In this document: piece after piece, positions 10,039 to 19,418 of the stretch
Numbering within the stretch: the stretch's first letter is position 1
Layout: each line of letters begins with the position of its first letter
NCBI GenBank assembly: GCA_044869275.1
Contig: JBIOXB010000197.1
Location: forward strand, 1-64,000
Source: a bacterium
Lineage (GTDB): Bacteria > Zhuqueibacterota > Zhuqueibacteria > Zhuqueibacterales > Zhuqueibacteraceae
Reading direction: 5' to 3'
Length of the DNA: 64,000 nt
Made by a program: the position numbers and the translations under genes
The notes under the pieces: generated by a model
What the model saw: only the letters and a program-made list of their open reading frames with translations
Database searches by the model: none
Told to the model about the DNA's origin: nothing

Positions 10039-10452
10039 TCAATTCAGCGAGAACGAAAAGGCATAGACTTCGGGATGCTCGATGGCGCGGCGATGTTTGA
10101 AATTTTCCCAAACCTTGTGGGTGTGCCGAATGTCCTTCTCGCCGAACGTCCAGCAAAACAAGGTGTCGGGCATGGCGCTTTTGAAATCCACGGTGAAATA
10201 GCCCTTGGGAGAAGCGCCCAGCGCGCGCACGTTGGTGGCCCAGCGCTCGAGCGTGAGGCCGACTTGCACCTCGTAGCTTTGCCGCGCGTCATCTTCATTG
10301 AACAGTGCTTCCGACTCCATGCGATCGCGCGCTTCGTGCAAGTCTTCGACCGCCTGCTCGGTCAACGCAATAATCTTGGGCAAGAGCGCATTCGCCTGCG
10401 CCAGAGTGAATCTCGGCATGCCGTCATCTAACACCGGATTGTATCCGTTCAC
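10039..10452 (-). CDS. DUF2203 family protein
   Basis: RFTLAQANALLP...VDF...FCWTFGE..I.H.H pattern; GTG start with GGAGG RBS. Confidence 0.75.
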   Translation of the reverse strand: MNGYNPVLDDGMPRFTLAQANALLPKIIALTEQAVEDLHEARDRMESEALFNEDDARQSYEVQVGLTLERWATNVRALGASPKGYFTVDFKSAMPDTLFCWTFGEKDIRHTHKVWENFKHRRAIEHPEVYAFSFSLN

Positions 10453-10598
10453 GCTACCTCCTGAAGTCTTCCACTGCTTTTTCACCATCCCGAACTGCCA
10501 AAGGCAGAAACACAAAATCGCAATTGGGAAGTAATTCGTATGGCGTGAGGCGTAATCTTGTCACGCATTGGGTATTACGCTTTACGAATCTCGTAACA

Positions 10599-11765
10599 CT
10601 ATTCAAACGCCGCAATCCCCGTCACCGCCTGCCCCAGTATCAATGTGTGAATCTCGTGCGTGCCTTCGTAGGTTTTCACGCTTTCGAGATTGGCCGCATG
10701 GCGCATGCTGGCATAATCGTCGCTGATGCCGTTCGCGCCCAGAATCTCGCGGCACGCGCGCGCGATTTCCAAAGCATGAAAACAATTGTTGCGCTTCGCC
10801 AGGCTGATTTGCGCGGGATGCGCTTCCCCGCGATCTTTGAGCCGGCCGAGCTGCAAACAGAGCAGTTGCATCTTGGTGATCTCGGTGAGCATATGCGCGA
10901 ATTTTTCCTGCGTCAATTGATAGCCCGCGACCGGTTTGTTGAACACCAGGCGGCCCTTCGCATATTCCAAGGCTTCTTGATAGCAGGCCAGTGCCGCGCC
11001 CAGCGCGCCCCAGGCAATGCCATAACGCGCCTGGCTCAAACAGCTCAAGGCGGATTTCAGACCCTCGGTACGAGGCAGCAACGCTGCTTCGGGAATCTGA
11101 CAATCGTCGAGCAGCAACTCGGCCGTATCCGAAGCACGAAGAGAAAGTTTGCCGTGCATCGCTTGCGCGCGAAAGCCCTTTGTGCCTTTCTCCACCACAA
11201 AGCCATGGACCATGCCGTCGAGCTTGGCCCACACCACGGCGAGGTCCGCCATCGTTCCGTTGGTGATCCACATTTTGCGGCCGTTCAGCAAATAACCCCG
11301 GCTGTTCTTTTCCGCGCGTGTGATCATGCCGCCGGGATTGGAGCCGTAATCCGGCTCGGTCAAGCCGAAGCAGCCGATCATTTCCGCGCTCGCGAGCTTG
11401 GGCAAATATCTTTGTTTTTGTGCTTCGCTGCCAAAAGCCCATATCGGATACATCACCAGCGCGCCCTGCACCGAGGCGAAGCTGCGCACGCCGCTGTCCC
11501 CCGCTTCCAGCTCTTGCATGATTAAGCCATAAGCCACGCTGTTGAGGCCAGCGCAGCCATACCCCTTCAAGCTCGCGCCCAGCAGGCCCATCTCGCCGAT
11601 CGGGCGAATCAACTGTTTGGGAAACACGCCTTCGCGATAGTGGTCGCGAATGAGCGGCTTGACTTCCTTTTGGACAAACTCGCGCACTTGTTGGCGAATG
11701 GCCTTGTCCTCATCGGGAAGCAGGCTCTCAATATTGTAAAAATCAAAGGGCGTGAAGCGGGACAT
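10599..11765 (-). CDS. Acyl-CoA dehydrogenase, glutaryl-CoA dehydrogenase-like
   Basis: GCFGLTEPDYGSNPGGM, KMWITNG, LSLRASDT, ARYGIAWG and TYEGTHEIH motifs. Confidence 0.9.
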   Translation of the reverse strand: MSRFTPFDFYNIESLLPDEDKAIRQQVREFVQKEVKPLIRDHYREGVFPKQLIRPIGEMGLLGASLKGYGCAGLNSVAYGLIMQELEAGDSGVRSFASVQGALVMYPIWAFGSEAQKQRYLPKLASAEMIGCFGLTEPDYGSNPGGMITRAEKNSRGYLLNGRKMWITNGTMADLAVVWAKLDGMVHGFVVEKGTKGFRAQAMHGKLSLRASDTAELLLDDCQIPEAALLPRTEGLKSALSCLSQARYGIAWGALGAALACYQEALEYAKGRLVFNKPVAGYQLTQEKFAHMLTEITKMQLLCLQLGRLKDRGEAHPAQISLAKRNNCFHALEIARACREILGANGISDDYASMRHAANLESVKTYEGTHEIHTLILGQAVTGIAAFE

Positions 11766-11824
11766 GGAGCTTTTGGCCGTAGTGATGATGGATTCTAATT
11801 CGGCAAGAACCTCATGACAGAAGC

Positions 11825-12094
11825 TCAAACGGCCGGTCTTGCCGTTGATTTCAATTCTTCGTGAATCATGTGCCGAGGAGCATCCTCCAAGGCGGAATCC
11901 TCACGCTGAATGTAACCCAGTAACGCTTCGTTCATGAGCGTTTGATAGTCACCGCCACCCGCTTGATTCACTCGTGCACGAAACCAGTTGAGAGTTTTGT
12001 TGTCAATATGAAACCTGATTAGCGTTGTACCCGGCGGGGGTTTGACCACAGCGCCGCGCTTGCCTTGTGCAAAATTATACTCTTTTGCTTTCAT
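11825..12094 (-). CDS. brnA: BrnA-family antitoxin
   Basis: MKAKEYNF..GKRG, IDNKTLNWFR and YQTLMNEAL; overlaps the upstream BrnT gene. Confidence 0.85.
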   Translation of the reverse strand: MKAKEYNFAQGKRGAVVKPPPGTTLIRFHIDNKTLNWFRARVNQAGGGDYQTLMNEALLGYIQREDSALEDAPRHMIHEELKSTARPAV

Positions 12095-12350
12095 ACATTC
12101 TCCGTTCTCTTTTAGTGGCCGGGCGTGCAGAAATCAGGCGAATGTTGTCATGCCGGTGGATGTAAACAACGACGACCACGCGAAAGCAAAAATCCATACC
12201 AATGCTTACAAAACGTTGCTCACCGCGGATATTCTCTGCTCGAATGGACATTGCCCAATCATCTTCAAGCGCTCCAACCGCATCGGCAAACTCAATTCCA
12301 TGCTTGAGACGATTTGATTCGGCCTTTTTGGGGTCCCACTCATAAACCAT
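12075..12350 (-). CDS. brnT: BrnT-family toxin
   Basis: YEWDPKKAESNRLKHGIEF...EQRFVSIG...IRLISARPATKRERRMY. Confidence 0.9.
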   Translation of the reverse strand: MVYEWDPKKAESNRLKHGIEFADAVGALEDDWAMSIRAENIRGEQRFVSIGMDFCFRVVVVVYIHRHDNIRLISARPATKRERRMYESKRV

Positions 12351-12397
12351 AAACTCTCCCCCCTGAACCCATACGTGTCAAGTCAACAACGAGAGTG

Positions 12398-12445
12398 CGT
12401 CCCCAGCGGGGACGAGCGTGATAACCCAGGGCAACACCATGGGAA
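12398..12445. repeat. REP-like palindromic element
   Basis: CGTCCCCAGCGGGGACG hairpin followed by ATAACCCAGGGCAACACCATGGG. Confidence 0.5.
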
Positions 12446-12507
12446 ACAAAACCGTTTATCCTGATTTTTGCCCTTGGCTTGACACCTATGCCCCAGATCC
12501 CCGACTT

Positions 12508-13860
12508 TCAGTTGCAGGCTGCGTGAAGGGCCTGAACGATTTTGAACCGGTGCCGGTAATCTCCAAAGACCGCGCCCATCAGCGTATTCGTGCCAAAATC
12601 GTCGATGCGCACCTTCACCAAGTCTCCGGACCGGCAGTTGCCGGCGAAGACCACAGCCTTATTCTGATCCGTGCGGCCCAGCCATTCGTTTTCATTTTTC
12701 TTGCTGGGGTTTTCCACCAGCACTTCATAAACCTTGCCGATTTCAGCGGCATTGCGCCGCAATGTAATCTCGCGCTGCAATTGCGTCAAGCGCAGCAAGC
12801 GCTCTTGCTTGAGCTCTTCCGGCACGTCGTCGGGAAACTTGCGCGAGGCAATGGTATTCTTGCGTTCGCTGTATTTAAATGTGAATGCAGAATCGAACTC
12901 GACTCGTGCAACCACCTCGAGCGTGTCTTCAAAATCCTGCTCGGTCTCGCCGCAGAAGCCGCAAATGACATCCGTCGTCAACGAAACCTCTGGCATGAGG
13001 TTGCGAATCTCCGCCACGAGTTCGAGAAATTCCTGCTTGGTATAAGTTCTATCCATGCGCTCCAGCACGCGATCACTGCCTGCTTGCAGGGGCAGATGGA
13101 TGTGTTTGCAGAGCTTGGGATTTTGCGCCATGGTGTGCAGCAACTTGCGGGGAAAGTCTTTGGGATGCGGCGAAGTGAAACGCACCCGCGCGAGGCCATC
13201 GACTTCCGATACCGCCTGCAGCAGATCGGCAAAATCACTCCGCTCGTGGCGATAAGAATTCACGTTCTGTCCAAGCAGAGTGACTTGCTTGAAACCCTCT
13301 GCCGCAATGCGCTCGGCTTCGGCGACCACGTTCTGCAACTCCCGGCTGCGTTCGCGGCCGCGTGTGTACGGCACCACGCAGAAGGTGCAGAAATTGTCGC
13401 AGCCGCGCGAAATCGCAATCCAGGCATTCACCCCCGGCAAGCGCTGTGGCGCGATGTCGGAATACGTTTCAAATTCCGAAAGCGAGAAATCGTAGGCGTG
13501 CTCGCGGCGCCCGCGAATATTTTCCAGCAGCGAGGGCAGGCGCTTGTAACTGTCCGGCCCGGCCACGAGATCGACATACGGCGCGCGCGCGGTCAATTCC
13601 TGCCTTAGATTTTGCGCCATGCAACCCAGCACACCGACGATTAAATCCTGCTGCCGCTTCTTGCGGCCCTTGAGATGATCGAGCTGGTGAAAAATTTTCT
13701 CGTGCGCATGCTCGCGAATCGCGCAGGTATTCAGCAGGATGACGTCGGCTGCATCCGGTGAAGTGGTGAAAGCATGTTTATGGCTGCGCAAAATCGAACG
13801 AATCAATTCCGAATCATATTCGTTCATCTGGCAGCCGTAGGTTTCGAGATAAATCTGCAT
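12508..13860 (-). CDS. miaB: tRNA-2-methylthio-N6-dimethylallyladenosine synthase
   Basis: TYGCQMNEYDS, LLNTCAIRE, GCMAQ, GCDNFCTFCVVPYTRGRERSR, LLGQNVNSY, RFTSPHP; C-terminal TRAM domain. Confidence 0.96.
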   Translation of the reverse strand: MQIYLETYGCQMNEYDSELIRSILRSHKHAFTTSPDAADVILLNTCAIREHAHEKIFHQLDHLKGRKKRQQDLIVGVLGCMAQNLRQELTARAPYVDLVAGPDSYKRLPSLLENIRGRREHAYDFSLSEFETYSDIAPQRLPGVNAWIAISRGCDNFCTFCVVPYTRGRERSRELQNVVAEAERIAAEGFKQVTLLGQNVNSYRHERSDFADLLQAVSEVDGLARVRFTSPHPKDFPRKLLHTMAQNPKLCKHIHLPLQAGSDRVLERMDRTYTKQEFLELVAEIRNLMPEVSLTTDVICGFCGETEQDFEDTLEVVARVEFDSAFTFKYSERKNTIASRKFPDDVPEELKQERLLRLTQLQREITLRRNAAEIGKVYEVLVENPSKKNENEWLGRTDQNKAVVFAGNCRSGDLVKVRIDDFGTNTLMGAVFGDYRHRFKIVQALHAACN

Positions 13861-13913
13861 AAAAGATTGAGAATAAAACCGTTGGATTAGGCATTTTACA
13901 CTAGAGTGCCAGC

Positions 13914-13942
13914 AAGATACAACAGTCTTTCCAAAGTTTCAA
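13914..13942 (-). promoter_or_regulatory. Sigma70-like promoter for miaB
   Basis: TTGAAA-N17-TATCTT on the minus strand, about 55 nt upstream of the ATG. Confidence 0.55.
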
Positions 13943-13996
13943 CGTTTTTTGTTTGATGGAAAAATAAAACGTTTATGCGCTTAAATAGCCAAACAT

Positions 13997-14034
13997 GGAG
14001 TAAATTTCTGCACCAGGAGTAAAATTCTGCACCA
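13997..14034. repeat. 19-bp tandem direct repeat
   Basis: GGAGTAAATTTCTGCACCA followed by GGAGTAAAATTCTGCACCA. Confidence 0.8.
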
Positions 14035-14359
14035 GATTTTCAGACAAGCTGAAAATTGAAGCTCTTCGAGCAACAACGCTTTGGCCCACGGAAATGGAAC
14101 GGAAATGAAAAGCTTCTTTCCGTGGGAGTTCTATTTCCGTGGGCTGAACTTTCAGATTTATTCTATGTTTGATTGCTTAAGCGCCTAAATTTTTTTTGAC
14201 AGGATTAAAAGAATTTACAAGATGAAGAGCGATCCTGTTAATCGGTCGCAGACCATCACAGCTGCAATGATGGGAGGCGCATTACGGAAATTATTGCTTG
14301 CAAAAATATTTCAGCGCATTATCTTTGCGCTTACAATTCCGTATAAACACAATACTGAA

Positions 14360-14467
14360 TCCTGGCAGGTCATCTCAAGCCTCGCGTCTTACTTTGGAGG
14401 TTTGCCGTCCTACGCGACCTTCAAGCCCCGGCCCAGCCTGCTTGGCCTCGAGATAAGATGTTCCGGA
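14360..14467 (+). ncRNA. Candidate structured leader or sRNA upstream of xth
   Basis: Follows TTGCAA-N16-TATCTT (14298-14325); stems ATCTCAAG/CTCGAGAT and TCGCGT/ACGCGA. Confidence 0.3.
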
Positions 14468-14489
14468 AAAACGAAGACAAGGCTCAGGC

Positions 14490-15239
14490 ATGAAATTTCT
14501 CTCGTTCAACGTGAACGGCATCCGCGCGATGCTGAAAAAGGGCTTCGTCGAGTTTGTCACGAAAGCCAACCCGGATTTTTTATGTGTGCAAGAAACCAAG
14601 GCGCATCCCGAACAGGTGCACGTCGATTTGCCGGGATACGAACAGTATTGGAACGCGGCGAAAAAACGCGGTTATTCCGGCACGGCGATTTTTGCGAAGA
14701 CCAAGCCCAAGCAAGTCTCTCACGGCATGGGCATTGCCGAGCACGACGACGAGGGCCGCGTCATCACGGCGGAATTCGACGGCTTCTTTTTGGTAAATGT
14801 TTACACGCCGAACTCGAAACGTGAATTATCGCGGCTGGATTACCGCGTGCGCTGGGACGCGGATTTCTTGAAGCATCTCAAAAAACTCGAGCGCAAAAAG
14901 CCGGTGATTTTCTGCGGTGATTTGAACGTGGCGCACCAGGAAATCGATCTGGCCAATCCCAAAGCCAACGTGGGCACTCACGGCTTCACGCCGCAAGAAC
15001 GCCAGGGCTTCGGCAATTTCATCAAAGCGGGATTTGTCGATGCGTTTCGCGAGTTTACCAAAGAAGGCGGCTATTACACCTGGTGGAGCCAGATCAACAA
15101 CGCGCGGGCGAGAAACGTGGGCTGGCGCATTGATTATTTTTGCATTTCCTCCGCCTTGCGGCCACGGCTGAAAAATGCTTTCATTTTGCCCGAAGTGATG
15201 GGCTCGGATCATTGCCCGGTGGGAATCGTGCTGGAGTGA
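14490..15239 (+). CDS. xth: Exodeoxyribonuclease III (AP endonuclease)
   Basis: SFNVNGIRA, QETK, GYSG, VYTPNS, CGDLNVAH, GWRIDY and GSDHCPV motifs. Confidence 0.96.
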   Translation: MKFLSFNVNGIRAMLKKGFVEFVTKANPDFLCVQETKAHPEQVHVDLPGYEQYWNAAKKRGYSGTAIFAKTKPKQVSHGMGIAEHDDEGRVITAEFDGFFLVNVYTPNSKRELSRLDYRVRWDADFLKHLKKLERKKPVIFCGDLNVAHQEIDLANPKANVGTHGFTPQERQGFGNFIKAGFVDAFREFTKEGGYYTWWSQINNARARNVGWRIDYFCISSALRPRLKNAFILPEVMGSDHCPVGIVLE

Positions 15240-15356
15240 CGCCGCTTAGAACAGCCGGCCGCAGTGATAAACAAACCCAAGGCGGCTAAGATGAGAGTTC
15301 AAACAATAAATGATAAAATCATCTTGGCAATGTTAACTGGCTTGAACCAGAGCCAA

Positions 15357-15465
15357 GACAGAAAAATGCGAGACAGAAAAATGGCGGTTGGAATCATATC
15401 AAGAAAGTTGACCTTGAGGAGTTGAAGCTGACGGCAAACATTTTTCTGTCCTTCATCTTTCTGTC
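15357..15465. repeat. Inverted 15-mer repeat cluster
   Basis: GACAGAAAAATG twice, then CATTTTTCTGTC and CATCTTTCTGTC. Confidence 0.75.
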
Positions 15466-15479
15466 TTCTGAATAGGTAT

Positions 15480-16574
15480 TCAGCTATTCGCTTCCGCCAA
15501 ATGCTCCTGCGCGATCTGCGCCCACTCTCCCTGGGGCTCCACCTCCAGATATTTTTTCCACCAGGTTTTCGCCTCCGAGTGGCGGCCAAGCTTTTCGTAC
15601 ACCACGGCAAGATTGAACACCGCCGGCTCATAATCCGGAAATAATTTCAACGCGTCATGATAGAGCTGCAAAGCGCGGTCAAGATTTCCGACTTCATCAT
15701 ATAAATTCGCCAGGTTATAGCACACCAGGTAATTGTTGGTATCGAGCTGGCTGGCTCTCTCCAACAACTGGATCGCGCGCGGCAATTGCTGCTGGTGAAA
15801 ATAAATGTTGGCGAGATTGATCATGGCATCGACGTAATCCGGCGCCATGGCCAGCGCGTTTTCATACGCGGCGATGGCACGATCGTAGGTCTCGGGGTTG
15901 CCGTCGGCTTGAAATCCGATTTCATACCATTCTTCCGCGCTGCGCGGGGGCTCCGCAGCCGCGCGTTGCTGCAAGGTGAGCACGCGGCCTTTGGGTTGAA
16001 ACTCGGCAAAATTCAATGGAATTTGCGCCGAAGGCTGGCGCTGCGCCAGTAGATGCTTGGCAATGAGGCGCAACGTCAGTTTTCGGCCGAGCATTTCGTC
16101 GATCTGCCGGAAAACGAGCAAGTCTTTAAACTCGTAATATTGCTGCGCGTTGGTTTTCACCGCGGGTTTGAAAATTCCCCAGAAGGCAAGATAGCGAATC
16201 ACATCGTTCCGCAAGCGTGGATAGACGTGCTGCACGCGCTCCATGGAGTAGTATTTACGTTCCAGCGCGGCCTTGCTTTCGAAGCCGAGCATGTCCAGAA
16301 AGTCCGATTCCGGAATAATGCGAACCTTGCCGCCTTCGGCGTTGATCGCCTCCGCGCGTTTGAGCTTGTTGCTTTTGACGAGGTCGGCGACATAACCTTC
16401 TTCGCCCATCACCAGCATGGTCGTGGCGTGGGTGAGGCGTAGCGGCGCGGCGCCGCCTGCTTTGATCACCAATTCCTGCGCTTCGCGGCGGGAAAACGAG
16501 GCGAGCTTGCCGGTGAAGACCACGACCTGCTCAGCCAAAATCTTGTCACGATCCTGTGGGGGCATTTCTCTCAT
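15480..16574 (-). CDS. BRCT + MerR-like HTH + TPR protein
   Basis: LigA-type BRCT (VVFTGKLASFSRREAQELV..AGG...LVMGE...KLKRA...IIPESDFLDML); MerR-like segment (YYS...IRYL..WGIFKP...YYEFKDL); about 4 TPRs. Confidence 0.85.
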   Translation of the reverse strand: MREMPPQDRDKILAEQVVVFTGKLASFSRREAQELVIKAGGAAPLRLTHATTMLVMGEEGYVADLVKSNKLKRAEAINAEGGKVRIIPESDFLDMLGFESKAALERKYYSMERVQHVYPRLRNDVIRYLAFWGIFKPAVKTNAQQYYEFKDLLVFRQIDEMLGRKLTLRLIAKHLLAQRQPSAQIPLNFAEFQPKGRVLTLQQRAAAEPPRSAEEWYEIGFQADGNPETYDRAIAAYENALAMAPDYVDAMINLANIYFHQQQLPRAIQLLERASQLDTNNYLVCYNLANLYDEVGNLDRALQLYHDALKLFPDYEPAVFNLAVVYEKLGRHSEAKTWWKKYLEVEPQGEWAQIAQEHLAEANS

Positions 16575-16713
16575 TTTGATATGGCCATGGCGGCGTGGGA
16601 GGGCGCGGAAGGATTCTGCTGGCAGTCCAGGCGGTTATGCGAACTTTTTGCTGCGGCCACCCACTGGTGCACTGCGGTTCCGCGTGCTGCGGTGGGCTCT
16701 CCCGCCGCAACGC

Positions 16714-17547
16714 TCACGAACCGGTTTTGCGTTTTTGCTTTTTCACCGGCGGCGCCTTCGCCAAGCCGCGCTTGGGCGGCTGCGCGTTGCCGTTTCCCGC
16801 GGCCACCATGGGCACGGCGTCCAGCGGCGAAACTTCTGCCGGCACTTGCGTTTGCTCGGCGGCGCGCTGTTGCTCGACTTTTTGCTTGATCAGTGCCAGC
16901 AACTTGTCCTGATACCCGTCTTTGAAGTGTTTGTGGCGGAATTTTTTCGTGTGATGCGTGATGATCTCGGTGGTTTTGCGAATCTCTTCCTTGTTCTTTT
17001 TGTCTGCGCCGTGCAGATCGTCGAACAAATCCACACTTTTCAACTCGTGATCGTAGCGCAAAGTAGAGACCACGATCGCCTGGTCTTTGCACCACAGCGC
17101 AACAAGAAATTCCTTGCGCCGCATCACGACTTTGCCGATGCCGTATTTGCCGGATTCACGAATGGATTCGCGCAGCGTACCATACGTTTCAGCGGCCAGC
17201 GGGCCATCGGGCACGAGATAATAAGGCGTGTCAAAAATCAACGGATCCAGCGCCGGCGGCTCCACGAACATCAGCAATTCCAGCGCACGAGCGGATTTCG
17301 GGGCCAGCGCCTCCATCTCCTTGTCCCCAATCGTCACGTATTTGCCCTTGTCGTATTCATAGGCTTTGACGATCTCCTCCTCCAGCACCGGGCCGTGCAT
17401 CGGGCAGCGCTTTTCGTGCTTGAGGCGTGCGCCGCACGCCGCATGCAGTGTATTGAAATGAACTTCATCGGATTGGGTGGCAGAGTAAATTTTGACGGGA
17501 AAGTCGAGATGGCTGAATTGCAAGCGGCCGCTCCACAGTGCGCGCAT
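16714..17547 (-). CDS. ku: Non-homologous end-joining protein Ku
   Basis: MRALWSG.L.F...PVKIYSAT...FNTLH, EIVKAYEY.KGKYV, PYYLVP, LRY..E, FKDGYQDKL..LI..K; basic C-terminal tail; AGGAG RBS. Confidence 0.95.
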   Translation of the reverse strand: MRALWSGRLQFSHLDFPVKIYSATQSDEVHFNTLHAACGARLKHEKRCPMHGPVLEEEIVKAYEYDKGKYVTIGDKEMEALAPKSARALELLMFVEPPALDPLIFDTPYYLVPDGPLAAETYGTLRESIRESGKYGIGKVVMRRKEFLVALWCKDQAIVVSTLRYDHELKSVDLFDDLHGADKKNKEEIRKTTEIITHHTKKFRHKHFKDGYQDKLLALIKQKVEQQRAAEQTQVPAEVSPLDAVPMVAAGNGNAQPPKRGLAKAPPVKKQKRKTGS

Positions 17548-17833
17548 GATCAATCTCCTTCTGAACGTGCGATCCGGTTTTGAACAAAGAGTACCGGCAA
17601 ACTCTGCGAAACTCGCAAAACCCGACCAATAATTTTGTGTCGGCGCGCGCCGGTGGGCGCGAGCGACCTGAAGAAAAGCGCCAATTCCGGCTGGTATCGC
17701 GCAGGTGTGTCGTGACTTTTCGTGATCACTCCGCCGATTTCCTCCTGAATTTGTGGGCTTATGTTACGAAACAGCGTGCGTGATGTCAAGAAAAATCTCA
17801 CGCTGGAGGCCGCGCGATTGGTTGAACCCATGC

Positions 17834-17952
17834 TTGACTTTTTGCAGCGGCATCGCCATATTCATTGTCCGCACCAGAAGCAGAGACCCTTTGCTCCTGC
17901 AGGCACTCTCGCGTACGCCGGAAAAGAGCACGGGTGCAAAGGAAGATCTGCT
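17834..17952 (+). promoter_or_regulatory. Sigma70-like promoter and long 5' leader hairpin for the M24 peptidase gene
   Basis: TTGACT-N17-CATATT, then AGCAGA/TCTGCT and CCTTTGC/GCAAAGG stems (17879-17952). Confidence 0.45.
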
Positions 17953-18026
17953 CAGGAGTCTCGCGAGCTACACACCTCCAAAATCCAACTGTCCGTCGTC
18001 ATGCATCAACGAAAATGGGTTTGAAC

Positions 18027-19223
18027 ATGTCCACTGCTTCCACTTTTGATGCGAGAATTCCGGAAATTCAAGCATTCCTGCGCCGTCAGGAGTTAGCCGG
18101 CTGGTTGATTTATGACTTTCACGGCCTCAACGCCGTGGCGCGCGAAATCGTGCCGCCGAGCGAGTATCATATCACGCGGCGATGGTTTTATCTCATCCCG
18201 GCAGAGGGCGAGCCGGTGTTGCTCGCGCACAGAATTGAAGAAAAGAATTATCCCCCCTTGCCCGGCACCATTCAGCTCTATGCCGGACGCCAGGAGCTCA
18301 ACGATCGCCTGCGCGCGTTGCTGCCCACGCATCGCCCGCTGGCCATGGAGTATTCGCCCATGAACGACGTGCCGACGGTTTCGTATGTCGACGCCGGCAT
18401 GCTGGAGTTGCTGCGCTCGTTCGGCGTGCAGATTGTGACCTCGGCGCAGTTGATTCAGGAATTTCAAGCGCGCTGGAGCGCAGCGCAGCTGCAGACGCAT
18501 CTCGCCGCGGCGAAAGTCTTGCACGAGGCGCAGACGCAGGCTTTTGCCACCATTGCCGCCGCTTTGCGTGCTCAGCGCCCGATCACGGAATATGAGGTGC
18601 AGCAATTCCTCGTCAAAAAAATTGCCGCCGCCGATTGCAGCTCGGATTCCGAGCCGATTGTGGCGGTGAATGCGAATGCCAGCAATCCGCATTATGCGCC
18701 AACGGCGAAAGTGCACAGCCCGATTCGCGCGGGCGACGTTATTCTCATCGATTTGTGGGCGAAGAAGAAAACCCCGCGCGCGGTGTATGCCGACATCACG
18801 TGGATGGGCTTTGCCGGCAAGGAAATTCCCACCCGGGTGCAAGAAGTATTCAATATTGTGAAAACCGCGCGTGATCGCAGCGTGGAGTATTTGCGAAAAC
18901 AATCCGCGGCGGGAGAAGTGGTGTATGGCTATCAGGTGGATGAAGTGGTGCGCGGATACATCACCGCGGCGGGCTATGGTGACTATTTCGTGCATCGCAC
19001 CGGCCATAGCCTGGGCACGATGATTCATGACAATGGCGTCAATATTGACAGCTATGAAACGCGCGACACGCGCAGCATCACGCCGGGCGTGGCGTTTTCG
19101 ATCGAGCCCGGAATTTATTTGCCGGAATTCGGCATTCGCAGCGAGATTAACGTATACATGGGAGCAGCCGGCCCGGAAGTTCATACCCCGCCACAAGAGG
19201 AAATGACGGTTCTGGAACCGTGA
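18027..19223 (+). CDS. M24 family Xaa-Pro aminopeptidase
   Basis: NPHY, LIDLW, YADIT, HRTGHSLG, FSIEPGIY and GIRSE metal ligands. Confidence 0.9.
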   Translation: MSTASTFDARIPEIQAFLRRQELAGWLIYDFHGLNAVAREIVPPSEYHITRRWFYLIPAEGEPVLLAHRIEEKNYPPLPGTIQLYAGRQELNDRLRALLPTHRPLAMEYSPMNDVPTVSYVDAGMLELLRSFGVQIVTSAQLIQEFQARWSAAQLQTHLAAAKVLHEAQTQAFATIAAALRAQRPITEYEVQQFLVKKIAAADCSSDSEPIVAVNANASNPHYAPTAKVHSPIRAGDVILIDLWAKKKTPRAVYADITWMGFAGKEIPTRVQEVFNIVKTARDRSVEYLRKQSAAGEVVYGYQVDEVVRGYITAAGYGDYFVHRTGHSLGTMIHDNGVNIDSYETRDTRSITPGVAFSIEPGIYLPEFGIRSEINVYMGAAGPEVHTPPQEEMTVLEP

Positions 19224-19252
19224 AGACAGCCGGAGTTGACAGTTTCCAATCA

Positions 19253-19380
19253 GGATTGCTGGAGTGAGGGATTGAGGGATCAATGGATCATTGGAGGCAT
19301 GGATTGTTGGGCTCCACCAATCCATTCATCCAGCAATCCAGGCAATTCATCATTCCATTGATCCATGATTTCATCAATCC
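19253..19380. repeat. Inverted octamer-type repeat cluster
   Basis: GGATTGCT/GGATTGAG/GGATCAAT units followed by CAATCC/CATCCA units. Confidence 0.7.
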
Positions 19381-19418
19381 TACATTTTGACGTCCCATCA
19401 ACCTGAGATTTTCGACCT

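Noticed and set aside
13997..14034. Direct repeats as a CRISPR array
   Set aside because: There are only two adjacent 19-bp units with no spacers and no cas genes.
14370..14430. c-di-GMP-I riboswitch on the minus strand
   Set aside because: GGCAAACC and GACGC are present, but the GAAA-capped stem and second hairpin are not; kept only as a generic RNA candidate.
17548..17830. Shared SOS/LexA box upstream of ku, uvrA and the SPL-like radical SAM
   Set aside because: I could not see a common palindrome in the three upstream regions by eye; a motif search would be needed.
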